DNA of 64,000 bases from an uncultured Candidatus Saccharimonadales bacterium (GTDB taxonomy: Bacteria; Patescibacteriota; Saccharimonadia; UBA4664), in NCBI GenBank assembly GCA_964467655.1, contig CAYXSN010000005.1, forward strand, positions 16,920 through 80,919. Reading direction: 5' to 3'. Of the stretch, positions 33,073-43,978 are shown piece after piece. The notes beneath the pieces were generated by a model. It did not search any database. It had not been told where the DNA came from and saw only the letters and a program-made list of their open reading frames with translations. Made by a program: the position numbers and the translations under genes. Position 1 is the stretch's first letter, and the number at the start of each line of letters is the position of its first letter.

Positions 33073-34528
33073 CCACACTAAGTTTAAGATCATTAGCTTT
33101 GGCACCGGTTTTATCCTGATGGCCTTCGAGCTGGTAGCCGCCCGCCTGCTGGCACCGAGCCTGGGAACTTCTATGTACGTCTGGACCAGCGTGATTGGCA
33201 CCATGATCGCCGCCCTAGCCGTCGGCTACTGGCTAGGTGGCCGGATAGCCGACATCCGCCATCACACCAGCGACATTGCCTGGCTACTCCTACTAGGAGC
33301 TTTAGCCATAACTGTTACCATGGCACTTGCCAGCCCAATCCTCGAACTAGTCACCCGCAATATTCCCGACTCCCGACTACAGGGCGTGATGGCAGCATTA
33401 TTACTGTTTGCCCCCACTAGCCTGGTGCTTGGCATGGTCAGCCCGTATCTAGCAAGACAAGCTTTGAGCTCACTCGAGAAATCAGGCAGCACCGTAGCTT
33501 CGTTGAGTGCTTTTAACTCACTTGGCGGCATCACCGGCACCTTCACCACCGGCTTCATTCTGTTTGATGTAGTTGGTTCACGCACCACGCTCATGGTGCT
33601 CACAGGCTTGGTAGTAGCCTTGAGCTGGTTACTCACACCCCATACCGACACTATCAGACGAGTTGCTGCCACCGTGGGTATCACTATTCTGATTGGGTTA
33701 TACCTACCGACTCGCCCGGGCAATGGCATCGTCGTCCAGCTCGATACCAGCACGGCCCATTACGACATTAGGAACATCAATTACCATGGCATACCAGCCC
33801 GGGGTATTCTCATGGGGCCTTACGGTATCCAATCAGGCGTCGCCAATGATTCGCCCAATGAGCTATTATTTACCTACACCAAGACGATCGCCCGATTAAC
33901 CGCCGCCACACCCAGTCATCATCATATTTTAGTGTTAGGTGGTGGAGGTTACTCGCTACCTGAGTACTTCGGCCGCAATTACCCCGACTCAACCATCGAT
34001 GTCGTCGAAATCGACCCGAAACTCGAAAGCATAGCCGCCAAATATCTCGACTACCAGACTATGCCCAACGTGAGGAGTTATGCCGCCGATGGTCGTCGAT
34101 TTATCGCCCAGGTATCAGCTAGAACCTATGATGTAGTCATAGTGGACGCCTATAGCGATAACTCGGTCCCATTTAGCCTCACTACCCATGAATATGCCCA
34201 AGACCTAGCCCGTATTGTTGCACCTGGAGGCAGCGTGCTCGTCAACTTCATCGGCAATACCAAAGGCTGTCGTCCGTATCTAGCCGCCCTACACCATTCT
34301 TACACCAGCAGTTTATCTCAAAGCCGCTATTTGCCAGCAAGCCACAATGACACAGGTATTTTTCAAAATATCATTGGTATCTTCAGTCCGTCCGACCTTA
34401 GCTGGACCGACCAGGTCAGCGGCGTGCAAAAAGTCGAGCTATCGGGCGGCCAAGACCTGACTGATGATTTTGCACCAGTCGAAAAGCTGTTCCAAAACTG
34501 CATTGCCAGTGCTTACCATAGGTCGTAA
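33065..34528 (+). CDS. Fused MFS/spermidine-synthase-like methyltransferase
   Basis: ELVAARLLAP..GTS..VW TM region; VLGGGG, VEIDP, DGR.F, YDVVIVDAY. Confidence 0.9.
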   Translation: MSNHTKFKIISFGTGFILMAFELVAARLLAPSLGTSMYVWTSVIGTMIAALAVGYWLGGRIADIRHHTSDIAWLLLLGALAITVTMALASPILELVTRNIPDSRLQGVMAALLLFAPTSLVLGMVSPYLARQALSSLEKSGSTVASLSAFNSLGGITGTFTTGFILFDVVGSRTTLMVLTGLVVALSWLLTPHTDTIRRVAATVGITILIGLYLPTRPGNGIVVQLDTSTAHYDIRNINYHGIPARGILMGPYGIQSGVANDSPNELLFTYTKTIARLTAATPSHHHILVLGGGGYSLPEYFGRNYPDSTIDVVEIDPKLESIAAKYLDYQTMPNVRSYAADGRRFIAQVSARTYDVVIVDAYSDNSVPFSLTTHEYAQDLARIVAPGGSVLVNFIGNTKGCRPYLAALHHSYTSSLSQSRYLPASHNDTGIFQNIIGIFSPSDLSWTDQVSGVQKVELSGGQDLTDDFAPVEKLFQNCIASAYHRS

Positions 34529-34580
34529 GCCGCACACAATAAGTCCAAGGCTCTTGCCGTACAAATAACGAAAATGTATC

Positions 34581-35948
34581 ATGAGCGGTATGAAGCAACC
34601 GCTGGTATTTGTAGACGTCGAGACGACAGGCGGCCATCCGGCCAGCAGCCGAGTCCTCGAAGTAGCTGCTATTCGGATTGAGGAGGGGAGAGTCACTCGT
34701 ACGTTTCAGTCACTCATCAACCCCGGCACACCGGTACCGGCCAGTATCACCCAACTCACTGGCATCACGACAGCCGATATCACCAGCGCGCCCCAATTTG
34801 GAACAATTGCCGACGAGCTAGCTGAGGTCCTCGAAGATGCAGTGTTTGTGGCTCACAATGTCCACTTCGACCACGGATTCCTCAAAATGGAATTCGACAA
34901 ACTGGGCGCGCGGTTCAGTCCACCCTTATTGTGCACTGTCCGCTTGTCAAGAGCTCTCTACCCGCAGTTTAGGCGGCACAACTTGCAATCAATCATTGAG
35001 CGGCATGGCATTGTCACACCCGACCGGCACCGGGCCCTGGCTGACGCCGATGCCATCTGGCAGTTTTACCAGATTATCATGAGAGATTTTGACCTTGATA
35101 CCATCGAAAACGTACTCAAAAAACAGCTTAAACACCCATCATTACCTAGTAGCCTAAATGAGAAAATTACAGCCAAACTGCCTAGCGGACCTGGCGTCTA
35201 TATCTTTGAAGATGCTCAACGGCAGCCCCTCTATGTCGGCAAAAGCGTCAACATCAGGTCACGGGTACTGTCGCATTTTGCCGATTATCATACCTCAACA
35301 GTTGAGCTCAAAATCAGCCAGCAAATCAGACACATCAGGACCATACCAACCGCGGGTGAACTCAGCGCTCTCCTGCTAGAATCAAGGCTCGTCAAACAGC
35401 TACAACCGCTCTATAACCGGCAGCTGCGACGCAAGCAACCGGTGTGTCGAGCCGTCAGACATTTTGATGAACAAGGGTATATGAGGTTGACCATCGATAA
35501 CTCGGCTATCACACCAGATAGCACCGGGGACGTCATGGCTATTTACGCCACCGCTGGCGCGGCGCGGCGGAGCCTCCACACTACCGCCCGCAATTTTTTG
35601 CTTTGTCCCAAACTGATGGGGCTCGAAAAAGGCTCCGGCGCCTGCTTTCAATACCAGCTCCACAAATGCCATGGCGCCTGTCTGGGAATCGAGACACCAG
35701 CCGCCTATAACCAGCGCTATGAAACCGCCTTTGAGCATCAGCGCCTTCAGGCTTGGCCGTATCCTGGACCTATCACTGTCACCGAGACCAGCCAGGTCAA
35801 CGGCCAACAGCGGCAGCTCAGGATCGACAATTGGTGCCTCATGTCAGCCGCCGATAATGATGCCGCCGTCTTCGACCTCGATACCTACAAAATCTTGCAC
35901 CAATTTTTGGCCAATCCTGCACACCAGCACCAAATAATCCTGTGCTAA
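34581..35948 (+). CDS. DEDDh 3'-5' exonuclease (DnaQ-like) fused to GIY-YIG/UvrC-like nuclease
   Basis: DVETTG, AHNVHFD, HRALADA; PGVYIF...LYVGKSVNIRSRV.SHF; Cys cluster. Confidence 0.9.
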   Translation: MSGMKQPLVFVDVETTGGHPASSRVLEVAAIRIEEGRVTRTFQSLINPGTPVPASITQLTGITTADITSAPQFGTIADELAEVLEDAVFVAHNVHFDHGFLKMEFDKLGARFSPPLLCTVRLSRALYPQFRRHNLQSIIERHGIVTPDRHRALADADAIWQFYQIIMRDFDLDTIENVLKKQLKHPSLPSSLNEKITAKLPSGPGVYIFEDAQRQPLYVGKSVNIRSRVLSHFADYHTSTVELKISQQIRHIRTIPTAGELSALLLESRLVKQLQPLYNRQLRRKQPVCRAVRHFDEQGYMRLTIDNSAITPDSTGDVMAIYATAGAARRSLHTTARNFLLCPKLMGLEKGSGACFQYQLHKCHGACLGIETPAAYNQRYETAFEHQRLQAWPYPGPITVTETSQVNGQQRQLRIDNWCLMSAADNDAAVFDLDTYKILHQFLANPAHQHQIILC

Positions 35949-35958
35949 TATGAATCGT

Positions 35959-36429
35959 ATGAAAACCCAAAATCGTTATGTTATCGCCATCGCAATAATC
36001 ATCATGAGTGGCTTAAGCTTACTAGCCGCATGGGCAGCCATTCAGCCAAAATCACCCGGTGCTTCCCAGCCGACAGCGACACCAACGCCGAACAGTTTAA
36101 CTCGCATCAGCCGAACGGTCACAGGAACTAATTGGCGCTACACCGTCAGCCAAACCTATGAATCAAAATTTAACATTAAGGTGGAATCGGCAACCGACAG
36201 CAACAATAAGCCAGTAGTTAGGATCTCTGGGCAAGGCTGCAATTATCTATCGGCAGAAGTATCGCAGACAAAAGCCGACAACTCGAGTGCCAGCACTCAA
36301 TTAGGTAGTCAAACATACTACTTAAACGGTCCTACCAGTACCCTCATGGCCTGCGTTGATGAGCGCCAAACCTACGACGCGCTGCTCAGCAGTGAAATTA
36401 CCTCGATTTTTCAGTCGCTCGTACCGTAG
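35959..36429 (+). CDS. Hypothetical exported protein
   Basis: N-terminal TM, PT linker, two Cys. Confidence 0.6.
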   Translation: MKTQNRYVIAIAIIIMSGLSLLAAWAAIQPKSPGASQPTATPTPNSLTRISRTVTGTNWRYTVSQTYESKFNIKVESATDSNNKPVVRISGQGCNYLSAEVSQTKADNSSASTQLGSQTYYLNGPTSTLMACVDERQTYDALLSSEITSIFQSLVP

Positions 36430-36443
36430 CAACATGTTGCGCC

Positions 36444-37532
36444 CTAATGGCACGTCCCACTACCGGAGTCACTAAAACTACCCGTCACCGGCAGATACAC
36501 CCAACTATACGTAGCATTCGGCTTCAGGGTTAGTTTCAACACTCCCTGGGTAGCCCCACTATACACGCTGACCAAGTTTTGTGAGTTGCTACCCGTGGCA
36601 CCAAAGGTATTATACAAATTGGTCGTGCCACCGGTACCCACAACAAAACTTATAAAACCACGCGCCGTATCAGCTTGGTTGGTATAAGGATTGATTGGTT
36701 GGAACCTTTGGTAATTATGCTCATGTCCGGCAAACACCAGCTCGCCACCATTGTCGTAAAACATCTTAAGCCAAGGCAAGGTGATGGCCCCCTCGCCATC
36801 GTGCTGAAGACTGTAATCTAAATAAGGCCGATGAGTAAACATAAGGGTACAGGGCCGGGGATTAGCAGTCATATCGGCAGCCAACCAGCTTTGTTGGGCA
36901 GCCGTATTGGCCTCTGAATTCAGGCTATAGAATCGCCAGCTAGTCCCTACATCAAAAGCATAGTAGCCTAAGTTGGCTGGACCGGTCACCGTTTTGCCAT
37001 TCATAGAATTATTGGCTGCCCCAAAGTAGCTGTAGTAGGGAGCAGCACCACTGGAGTTGTATTCATGATTACCTGGCGTCGGATACGTCAAAGATTTAAC
37101 GGCTGGCCGGCCCCAAGTCTTGGTGTAATAGTTGGCAAATTCACTGGCGGTACCCGAATCGTATTGTAAATCACCAAGCGCCAACACATACTGAGGCCGA
37201 ATGGTATTGGCGATAAGATCGGCTGTCTCGAGACCATAGCTTAAGGCAGATGTGGGGTTTTGGATATCGCCGGCGATTGCTACGGTAATATCGCTTGCGC
37301 CATCCGGCCCAAATTTGACGACACTGCCCCCGGAAGCGCCGGTAGCAACTGCCACTAGAGCACCACCGGTAGTAACCCCAGTTTCAGCTTCAAAGGCAGC
37401 TGGTCCGGCCGCCCGAGCTAACACAACCACCACAGCGCCCACGACAGCCGTCGCCGCCACAACGACCAAGGCCGGTTTTTGACGAAAACGAACCTGACGG
37501 CGAAGCTGATGATAGTGCTGACGTATCGGCAT
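36444..37532 (-). CDS. Secreted metallophosphoesterase (alkaline-phosphatase-like)
   Basis: AGDI, LGDLQY, PGNHEY, GHEHNYQRF; start moved to ATG 37532. Confidence 0.88.
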   Translation of the reverse strand: MPIRQHYHQLRRQVRFRQKPALVVVAATAVVGAVVVVLARAAGPAAFEAETGVTTGGALVAVATGASGGSVVKFGPDGASDITVAIAGDIQNPTSALSYGLETADLIANTIRPQYVLALGDLQYDSGTASEFANYYTKTWGRPAVKSLTYPTPGNHEYNSSGAAPYYSYFGAANNSMNGKTVTGPANLGYYAFDVGTSWRFYSLNSEANTAAQQSWLAADMTANPRPCTLMFTHRPYLDYSLQHDGEGAITLPWLKMFYDNGGELVFAGHEHNYQRFQPINPYTNQADTARGFISFVVGTGGTTNLYNTFGATGSNSQNLVSVYSGATQGVLKLTLKPNATYSWVYLPVTGSFSDSGSGTCH

Positions 37533-37548
37533 GTGACACCTCGACGAA

Positions 37549-39912
37549 CTAGCGACCGAGAGAAACTTCAGTTTGTTTAAGGTCGATAGTGGTCTTGATG
37601 ATGGTATCTGGAGCCAGCGATATGCTATCGATACCACACTGCACCAGGAAACGGGCAAATTCGGGATAATCAGACGGCGCTTGACCACAAAGCCCGATCT
37701 TCACACCCTTGGCTTTGGCGATTTTGATGACATGATCAATGAGCGACTTAACTGCCAGATTGTTCTCGTCGTACACATGCGCCACGGTATGGTTGTCACG
37801 ATCGACACCTAACGTCAACTGGGTCAAATCATTGGAGCCAATCGAAAATCCGTCAAACAGTTCCGCAAACTGTTCAGCCAAAATGACGTTGGCCGGAATC
37901 TCAATCATACAATACGCTTGGAAACCGTTCTCGCCACGCTTCAGACCGTTTTCGGCCATAATGTCCAGCACTTTATGAGCTTCATCGAGGCTGCGACAGA
38001 AGGGGATCATGGCCTTGATGTTGGTTAGTCCGTGCTCGTCGCGGGCCTTCTTGAAAGCCTTACACTCAAGCGCAAAGGCTTCGCGGTATTCTGGCGAATA
38101 ATAGCGGCTCGCGCCGCGCCAGCCAATCATGGGATTGTTCTCCTGTGGCTCGAATTGCTGACCGCCAATCAACCCCGCATACTCATTGGTCTTAAAATCG
38201 CTAAACCTAATGATCACATCATTGGGGTAAAACGCCGCGCCAATAATACTGATACCTTCACAGAGCTTGTCGATAAAATATTGCGATTTATCTTTGTAAC
38301 CAGCCGTCAGCTCATTGATCTGGTTCCGAACAGCCTTGTCGGTCACTTCGCCAAATTTCAGAAGCGCCAAGGGATGAACCTTGATATGGGAGTCAATGAT
38401 AAACTCCTCTCGGGCCAAACCAACACCATCGTTGGGAATATGCGAATAGGCAAAAGCGTGGTCAGGAGAACCGATGTTCATCATGATTTTGGTTTTAGGT
38501 CGTTCCAGGTTGGTAATATCTGTCCGTTTCACCTTAAACTCAAGCTTACCGGCATATACGTAGCCTTCGTCACCCTCGGCGCAACTCACGGTAATAGGTG
38601 CCTTGTCGACAATCTTAGCTGTGGCGTCACCAGTACCAACCACACAGGGGATACCCAGTTCCCGCGACACAATCGCCGCGTGGCAAGTCCGGCCACCTTT
38701 GTCGGTCACGATAGCGGCAGCCATCTTCATGATTGGCACCCAGTCGGGATCAGTCATCTCTGTTACCAGAACGTCTCCGGGCCGGAACGAACTAATGTCT
38801 TTGAGATCAACGATTTTGCTCGCTTTGCCAGCCCCGATTTTATTACCCACACTGGTACCTTTCACGAGCTGGTTACCCTTACCGACAAGCTGATATTCTT
38901 CGATAACATGAACATCCTTGCGCGACTCAACTGTCTCGCCGCGAGCCTGCACGATATACAGCTGGTTGTCGTCTTCATCTAAGGCCCATTCAATATCCAT
39001 AGGGTGACCATAATGCTTTTCAATCTCGATACCCCAGGCCGCGAGCGTTTTGACCTGTTCATCAGTGATAGCGTATTTGTCGCGCTCAGATTTGGGCACC
39101 GGCAAATTCTTGGTCTTTGAGCCCACGACAGGAACCATCCGCTCCTGCTTGGCGCCTAGGCGTTTCTTGAGAATAGCCATGGTTGGCTTAAAAACAGTAA
39201 ACTCATCGGGGCTGACGCGACCCTGCACGATGTTTTCACCCAAGCCGTAAATCGAAGTTACTACCACGGCATTTTTGAAGCCCGATTCGGTATCAATCGT
39301 AAACATGACACCGGCAGCTTTGGAACGCACGGCCACCATCTGTTGGATACCCACCGACAGAGCCACGCTCATGTGATCAAACCCATTTTCTACCCGATAA
39401 ACGATCGCCCTATCAGTAAAGAGTGATGCAATGCAGGCCTTGGTGGCGTGCAGCACCTCGTGCTCGCCTGAGATATTCAGGAATGTCTCTTGCTGACCGG
39501 CAAACGAAGCGTTGGGCAAGTCTTCAGCCGTAGCCGATGAGCGCACCGCCACCACTAGATCTTGGTGACCGCATATTTTGCTCAGTTCTTGGTATCCCTG
39601 CTTAATCTCGGATTCAAAATCCTCAGGCAGTGCCGAATTCATGATGGCGGAGCGAATTTTGGCCCCGCGCCGCCCAAGGTCAGCTACATCCTTGACATCG
39701 AGCCCCTCAAGAAGCGTCCTGATTTTGGCGTCAACACCTGAGCTTTTGAGAAAATAACGGTAAGCATCGGCCGTAGTCGCCAATCCGTTAGGCAGTTTCA
39801 CACCTTTTGGTGCCAAGTACTTCACCATCTCGCCGAGCGAAGCATTTTTACCACCGACTTGAGGAATATCGGTCAGCGAGACGTCTTTGAAGAACTTTAT
39901 GTGGCGGTACAT
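37549..39912 (-). CDS. ppsA: Phosphoenolpyruvate synthase
   Basis: VGGKNASLGEM, VRSSATAEDLP.ASFAGQQET, GGRTCHAAIVSRELG, FSIGSNDLTQ. Confidence 0.98.
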   Translation of the reverse strand: MYRHIKFFKDVSLTDIPQVGGKNASLGEMVKYLAPKGVKLPNGLATTADAYRYFLKSSGVDAKIRTLLEGLDVKDVADLGRRGAKIRSAIMNSALPEDFESEIKQGYQELSKICGHQDLVVAVRSSATAEDLPNASFAGQQETFLNISGEHEVLHATKACIASLFTDRAIVYRVENGFDHMSVALSVGIQQMVAVRSKAAGVMFTIDTESGFKNAVVVTSIYGLGENIVQGRVSPDEFTVFKPTMAILKKRLGAKQERMVPVVGSKTKNLPVPKSERDKYAITDEQVKTLAAWGIEIEKHYGHPMDIEWALDEDDNQLYIVQARGETVESRKDVHVIEEYQLVGKGNQLVKGTSVGNKIGAGKASKIVDLKDISSFRPGDVLVTEMTDPDWVPIMKMAAAIVTDKGGRTCHAAIVSRELGIPCVVGTGDATAKIVDKAPITVSCAEGDEGYVYAGKLEFKVKRTDITNLERPKTKIMMNIGSPDHAFAYSHIPNDGVGLAREEFIIDSHIKVHPLALLKFGEVTDKAVRNQINELTAGYKDKSQYFIDKLCEGISIIGAAFYPNDVIIRFSDFKTNEYAGLIGGQQFEPQENNPMIGWRGASRYYSPEYREAFALECKAFKKARDEHGLTNIKAMIPFCRSLDEAHKVLDIMAENGLKRGENGFQAYCMIEIPANVILAEQFAELFDGFSIGSNDLTQLTLGVDRDNHTVAHVYDENNLAVKSLIDHVIKIAKAKGVKIGLCGQAPSDYPEFARFLVQCGIDSISLAPDTIIKTTIDLKQTEVSLGR

Positions 39913-40001
39913 GAAAATCCCATAGATTAATGTTCAATACCTATTATAAGCTTAAGCGCGATAAAATAATAGCCGCCATCAGGTTCGTTCACAACGATGT
40001 A

Positions 40002-40388
40002 CTACTTACGCTTGACTCGTTTGGCTACCGGACGCACGGCCATAATGCCGGCTCCAGCCACAGCTACCGCCAAAACAATGCCGGTGAGCATGCCCGAAAA
40101 TACGTGAGCCATCGAGCCGAACCGGGACAATGTCCCCAAACAAACCAGTGTTTCACCGGCTACGATCAGCCATATGAGCCATACCCAACGTTTGCGGTAT
40201 GCCAAATATCCCAGCCAAACCACTGCCGCCGCCAGCAGTCCCACTACCACTAGAATTTTCAAGACGTAGGCGCTTGATGCATCATAAAGTCTTTGAGCCA
40301 GTAGCGTTTGTGCAAGCAGCAACCCATATGCAACCGCCACCTGGGCAACCAACAACTGGAAAAAGGCCTTGAAGGGATTCATGACCAT
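40002..40388 (-). CDS. Hypothetical membrane protein (4 TM)
   Basis: Hydrophobic ORF in the same orientation as its neighbours. Confidence 0.6.
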   Translation of the reverse strand: MVMNPFKAFFQLLVAQVAVAYGLLLAQTLLAQRLYDASSAYVLKILVVVGLLAAAVVWLGYLAYRKRWVWLIWLIVAGETLVCLGTLSRFGSMAHVFSGMLTGIVLAVAVAGAGIMAVRPVAKRVKRK

Positions 40389-40423
40389 ATGTTACACCAA
40401 ACATAACCGTTTTTATACTCAGT

Positions 40424-41524
40424 CTAGAGAATAAAATTGTGCGATAGCGACTGGGCAAATGCCCGATACGATCGCTTGAAGGGCCGAATGTAGCCTCTCA
40501 AAAGCCCGAGAATCACCATGGATTCTTCGGCGAGTTGCACATATGTAAACAGAAGTAGGCCTGCATCTCGTCGGTGCCACGCACGCAACGGCCACCAGAA
40601 ATAGAGGAGCTGGGGCATCAGCACCAAACAGCTAAGTGCCGTCAGTGGATGGTGACTGGCGCCTGCCAAAAAGCCCACACCGGCCAGAATCGGCATTGGA
40701 AAAACCGGCGGCAGCAATTTATAACGCTGATGAAACTCCAGGTTTCTTGGCCCCCGTTGAAACGGCCTCAGCAGGTATTTCATGAGCGTCATATCAGGAT
40801 CATGGACCATCCGGGCCTCGCGCCGTAGTACAAACCGCTTGTCTGGGAACTGATGGTTAAGTCGCATGCAGATGTCGCGGTCCTCGATGCCAGACATACT
40901 CACATCCCAACCGCCCACAGCTCGCAAAGCATCGGCTCTAAAGGTTCCAGTAGCACCATACAAGACATCGACTGCCATCGATTCTGGCAAGCATGCCGGA
41001 ATTTTGACCTTTGATACTAGGTAGTACCAGAGTCTACTCAGAGGATTGCCACCAAAAGGTTTTACCAGCGCCGACTCCATGCCGGTGGCTGTTTCGTTCA
41101 TGTAGTCTTCCACCAGAGTGCAAGCTTGCCGCGATGGTATGAGAAAACTTCCAACACCCATGATGTCGGGCGACTGATAGCCAGCGGCAATCTGCCGCAA
41201 TAGATCCGGCAACGCCACACAGTCGTCATCAGTAGCCAAAATAATACTACCCTTGGCCAGATCTAAACCCGCATTGCGTGCCGCCGAGATACCCCGATTA
41301 ACCGGTAACCTGACTACCAGAGCCCCGTGAGCCTGCGCCACCTCAGCTGTGTCATCACTCGAACCATCATCAGCCACAATAATCTCAAAACAATCCCCGG
41401 GGTAATCCTGAGATTTGAAAGATTCTATCGTGCGCGCGATCGTCCCCGCACCGTTGTACGTATTGATAATAACCGATATAAATGGCACAGATTTCATCAC
41501 CGGAGCAGCCACCAACATTGACAC
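40424..41524 (-). CDS. Glycosyltransferase family 2
   Basis: ISVII..YN, DDGSSDDT, ARNAG, DDD, GGWD...EDRD. Confidence 0.92.
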   Translation of the reverse strand: MSMLVAAPVMKSVPFISVIINTYNGAGTIARTIESFKSQDYPGDCFEIIVADDGSSDDTAEVAQAHGALVVRLPVNRGISAARNAGLDLAKGSIILATDDDCVALPDLLRQIAAGYQSPDIMGVGSFLIPSRQACTLVEDYMNETATGMESALVKPFGGNPLSRLWYYLVSKVKIPACLPESMAVDVLYGATGTFRADALRAVGGWDVSMSGIEDRDICMRLNHQFPDKRFVLRREARMVHDPDMTLMKYLLRPFQRGPRNLEFHQRYKLLPPVFPMPILAGVGFLAGASHHPLTALSCLVLMPQLLYFWWPLRAWHRRDAGLLLFTYVQLAEESMVILGLLRGYIRPFKRSYRAFAQSLSHNFIL

Positions 41525-41585
41525 TCTTGAATAAGGCCCTTACTATAACAAAACCCAACAGATGTAACAAGTATTGGCTTATCTT

Positions 41586-42227
41586 ATGAGCACTCACGCC
41601 ACTATTGCCCAGAAAATCAGTTCTGCCAAATCGGCTGTATTGCGCCGCTATGCCGACTGGAGAGTTGGTGCTACCCGCGACGAAAAGTTTGTGTACCGTA
41701 CTTCACCCAACGTTCTACTTACGTTTGACGACTATGGTAGTGCCGATCAAATCAAGAGAATCCTCAAGGCTTTGCGCGCCGCCAACGTGAGAGCTATGTT
41801 TTTCCTGCAAGGCGACTGGGCGAGTGAGCACCCAGAACTCGTAACCAGGCTCGAAAGTGCCGGGCATATCATTGGCAATCACACCACCACTCACCCTAAT
41901 TTACTCGAATTGACCGACGAACAAGTGAAGCAGGAGATCTTGGATGGTCCCGACACCGAATTCGTGCGTCCACCTATGGGACGGTACAACCGGCGCATCA
42001 GGAACATTATCCACGGTCTCGGCAAAAAAATTGCCTACTGGAGCATCGACAGTGACGACTGGCAGGGAGTTTCAGGCGAGCAGATCATCGCCAAAGTCTC
42101 AAATGAGCTCCATCAGGGCGCCGTCATTCTCATGCACATTCATGCCGACAACACCATTGCCGTTTTGCCTGAACTGATCAAAACCATTCGTGATCGAGGT
42201 TTTGAGCTCGAACGTTCAGCAAATTAG
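41586..42227 (+). CDS. Polysaccharide deacetylase (NodB/CE4)
   Basis: LTFDD, GNHTTTHP, RPPMG, WSIDSDDW, ILMH. Confidence 0.93.
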   Translation: MSTHATIAQKISSAKSAVLRRYADWRVGATRDEKFVYRTSPNVLLTFDDYGSADQIKRILKALRAANVRAMFFLQGDWASEHPELVTRLESAGHIIGNHTTTHPNLLELTDEQVKQEILDGPDTEFVRPPMGRYNRRIRNIIHGLGKKIAYWSIDSDDWQGVSGEQIIAKVSNELHQGAVILMHIHADNTIAVLPELIKTIRDRGFELERSAN

Positions 42228-42323
42228 CATCTCAGTATTGGTGTTTACTAAATAGGGCAGTTTCCGCCTATTTTTTGACCGGCTCGCATACGATACACAA
42301 TTCTTATGCTTAAATGAGAGTAT

Positions 42324-43139
42324 ATGAAACTACCAAAACTCAACCGCAAAGTCATTGTTGTAGGTTTAGGGCTAGCCCTCATCCTGGCTGGCGGAGGCTA
42401 TGCCTACACCCGCACACTCAATCAACCCGACAACCATACCGTCACCCAGCCGTCTACCCAAACTCCCACGCCGACTACCGCCAGCCCGGCGCCACCCAGT
42501 CCCAGCACAACAACAGGCCCAACACCGACTCCTACTACCACACCCCAACCCACTCCCAGTAAATACTTCACGCTCGCAGGCGATGCGACAGCCGATGGGG
42601 TCCAGCTTGACTGGGACGTGGCCGGCTACGACGTCAGCCAAGGATTCAAGCTCGCTATCGACAACTCTACTACCGGGACCTTTAGCAATTTCAAATACCT
42701 CTCGAGCCCAACCGTCAGGTCGGCCCTCTGGAAAGTTGGCGACGGCCAAACCAGGTACTTCAAAATTTGTGGCTACCACAAAGATGCCGGTAATGCAGTC
42801 TCTGGTACCACGGCTTGTTCCAACGTCATCAGTCTCGACACCAACAACGTAGCCGCCGAAACCAGCGGGTCCATCACGCTATTACCCTCAACTTCAAACG
42901 GCGGTTTCCATTGGATCACCGAAGGCTACGCACCCTACGGCTTCAGGCTTGTGTGGGCAGCCCACGCCAACCCCGCCTACCCGGCCGATCAGAGCCAAAG
43001 CTTCCAGCCAGTCTGGAGTAATGCCAGCTCAGGTAGCATTCCAAACACCACCGGTACTTGGTACGTCAAAGCCTGTATGATTACTGCCACCCAAGCCTGT
43101 AGTAATTACTCAGACGAAAAGACGATCACCATACAGTAA
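42324..43139 (+). CDS. Membrane-anchored protein with PT stalk and two repeated beta domains
   Basis: TM, PT repeat; twice W....GF.L ... Y.K.C ... CSN. Confidence 0.65.
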   Translation: MKLPKLNRKVIVVGLGLALILAGGGYAYTRTLNQPDNHTVTQPSTQTPTPTTASPAPPSPSTTTGPTPTPTTTPQPTPSKYFTLAGDATADGVQLDWDVAGYDVSQGFKLAIDNSTTGTFSNFKYLSSPTVRSALWKVGDGQTRYFKICGYHKDAGNAVSGTTACSNVISLDTNNVAAETSGSITLLPSTSNGGFHWITEGYAPYGFRLVWAAHANPAYPADQSQSFQPVWSNASSGSIPNTTGTWYVKACMITATQACSNYSDEKTITIQ

Positions 43140-43169
43140 GAACTATTTTATACTGAGCATGACTAGTTA

Positions 43170-43243
43170 TTACCGATAAACTTCCCAGCGATTACCAATC
43201 TTAATAACCTCGATCACCAACGTCATAGCGTCAAGACGCTATG
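43170..43243 (-). pseudogene. Deletion scar of a relE-type TA module (last 16 toxin codons fused to the TA promoter/operator)
   Basis: Minus strand reads LVIEVIKIGNRWEVYR*, versus LVVEIIKIGNRREVYR* of the toxin at 45634; joined to CAACGTCATAGCGTCAAGACG, a near-copy of 46157-46177. Confidence 0.85.
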
Positions 43244-43266
43244 CAGACGATGATACCCAACCTATA

Positions 43267-43704
43267 ATGAGCCAACCCACCTGCCAGCCGGCACATCCAT
43301 TCAGGCTAAGCGAATTGGTATATTTCGACAGCAATACCCAAATCAATCAAAGTTTCCGGACAGAGGATTGGGTCTACGCAATCAACGAATACAAATCAGA
43401 TAACCGCCATGGGTCCGAAACAATCGGCCATGCTGATCAAAACTACGACCCAAAAAGCACGAAACCAACATGCAGCATCCTCAAATCATCAGCTAATATG
43501 CCATATCGGCTGTGTCATTGGACCGATTATGACCGCATCAATGTATTTGAGGTTACATTCATTCGATCGGGCACGTTTGTTCGATCAACAATTCCTACTG
43601 ATCTAAACACCGATATTTCAATCACTGAAACCGGTGAGTTTGTGGACTCGTTTAGAGAGAAAAGTACTTTTGGCCTCCCGGTCCTGCGATCAAACGGAGC
43701 TTAG
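43267..43704 (+). CDS. Hypothetical protein (possibly 5'-truncated)
   Basis: 145-aa ORF, no recognised motif. Confidence 0.45.
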   Translation: MSQPTCQPAHPFRLSELVYFDSNTQINQSFRTEDWVYAINEYKSDNRHGSETIGHADQNYDPKSTKPTCSILKSSANMPYRLCHWTDYDRINVFEVTFIRSGTFVRSTIPTDLNTDISITETGEFVDSFREKSTFGLPVLRSNGA

Positions 43705-43978
43705 CCACAGACGTTAGAACTCCCCGCATGTTCGAACGATCCAATTCAGCTATACTTGCGGATAGCGCTGAGGAGCAGCGCATGCCAAAATAGCTCGTTC
43801 TTGTTAACTCATCAACCACAGCCAAGGAACCAATGACAAGTGAATGGGGTGGCAGCAAGCAGCCATTCAATCGGTCGGTTTCGAATGGGGACTGCCGAAA
43901 TTGGTCTACTTGAAATCACCCCAATGCCAGAAATGTAAACCAGATCAAGATATACGCTAACCACCAGAGGATAATCAA

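Noticed and set aside
28496-37688. Long N-terminal extensions in the ORF track (29728, 30188, 37688; also 16398, 47375, 51405)
   Set aside because: They overlap neighbouring genes; downstream starts with -10 or SD signals fit the family lengths better.
38032-38982. 316-aa + strand ORF
   Set aside because: Antisense shadow of ppsA; the same applies to shadow ORFs opposite the kinase, ABC and RHS genes.
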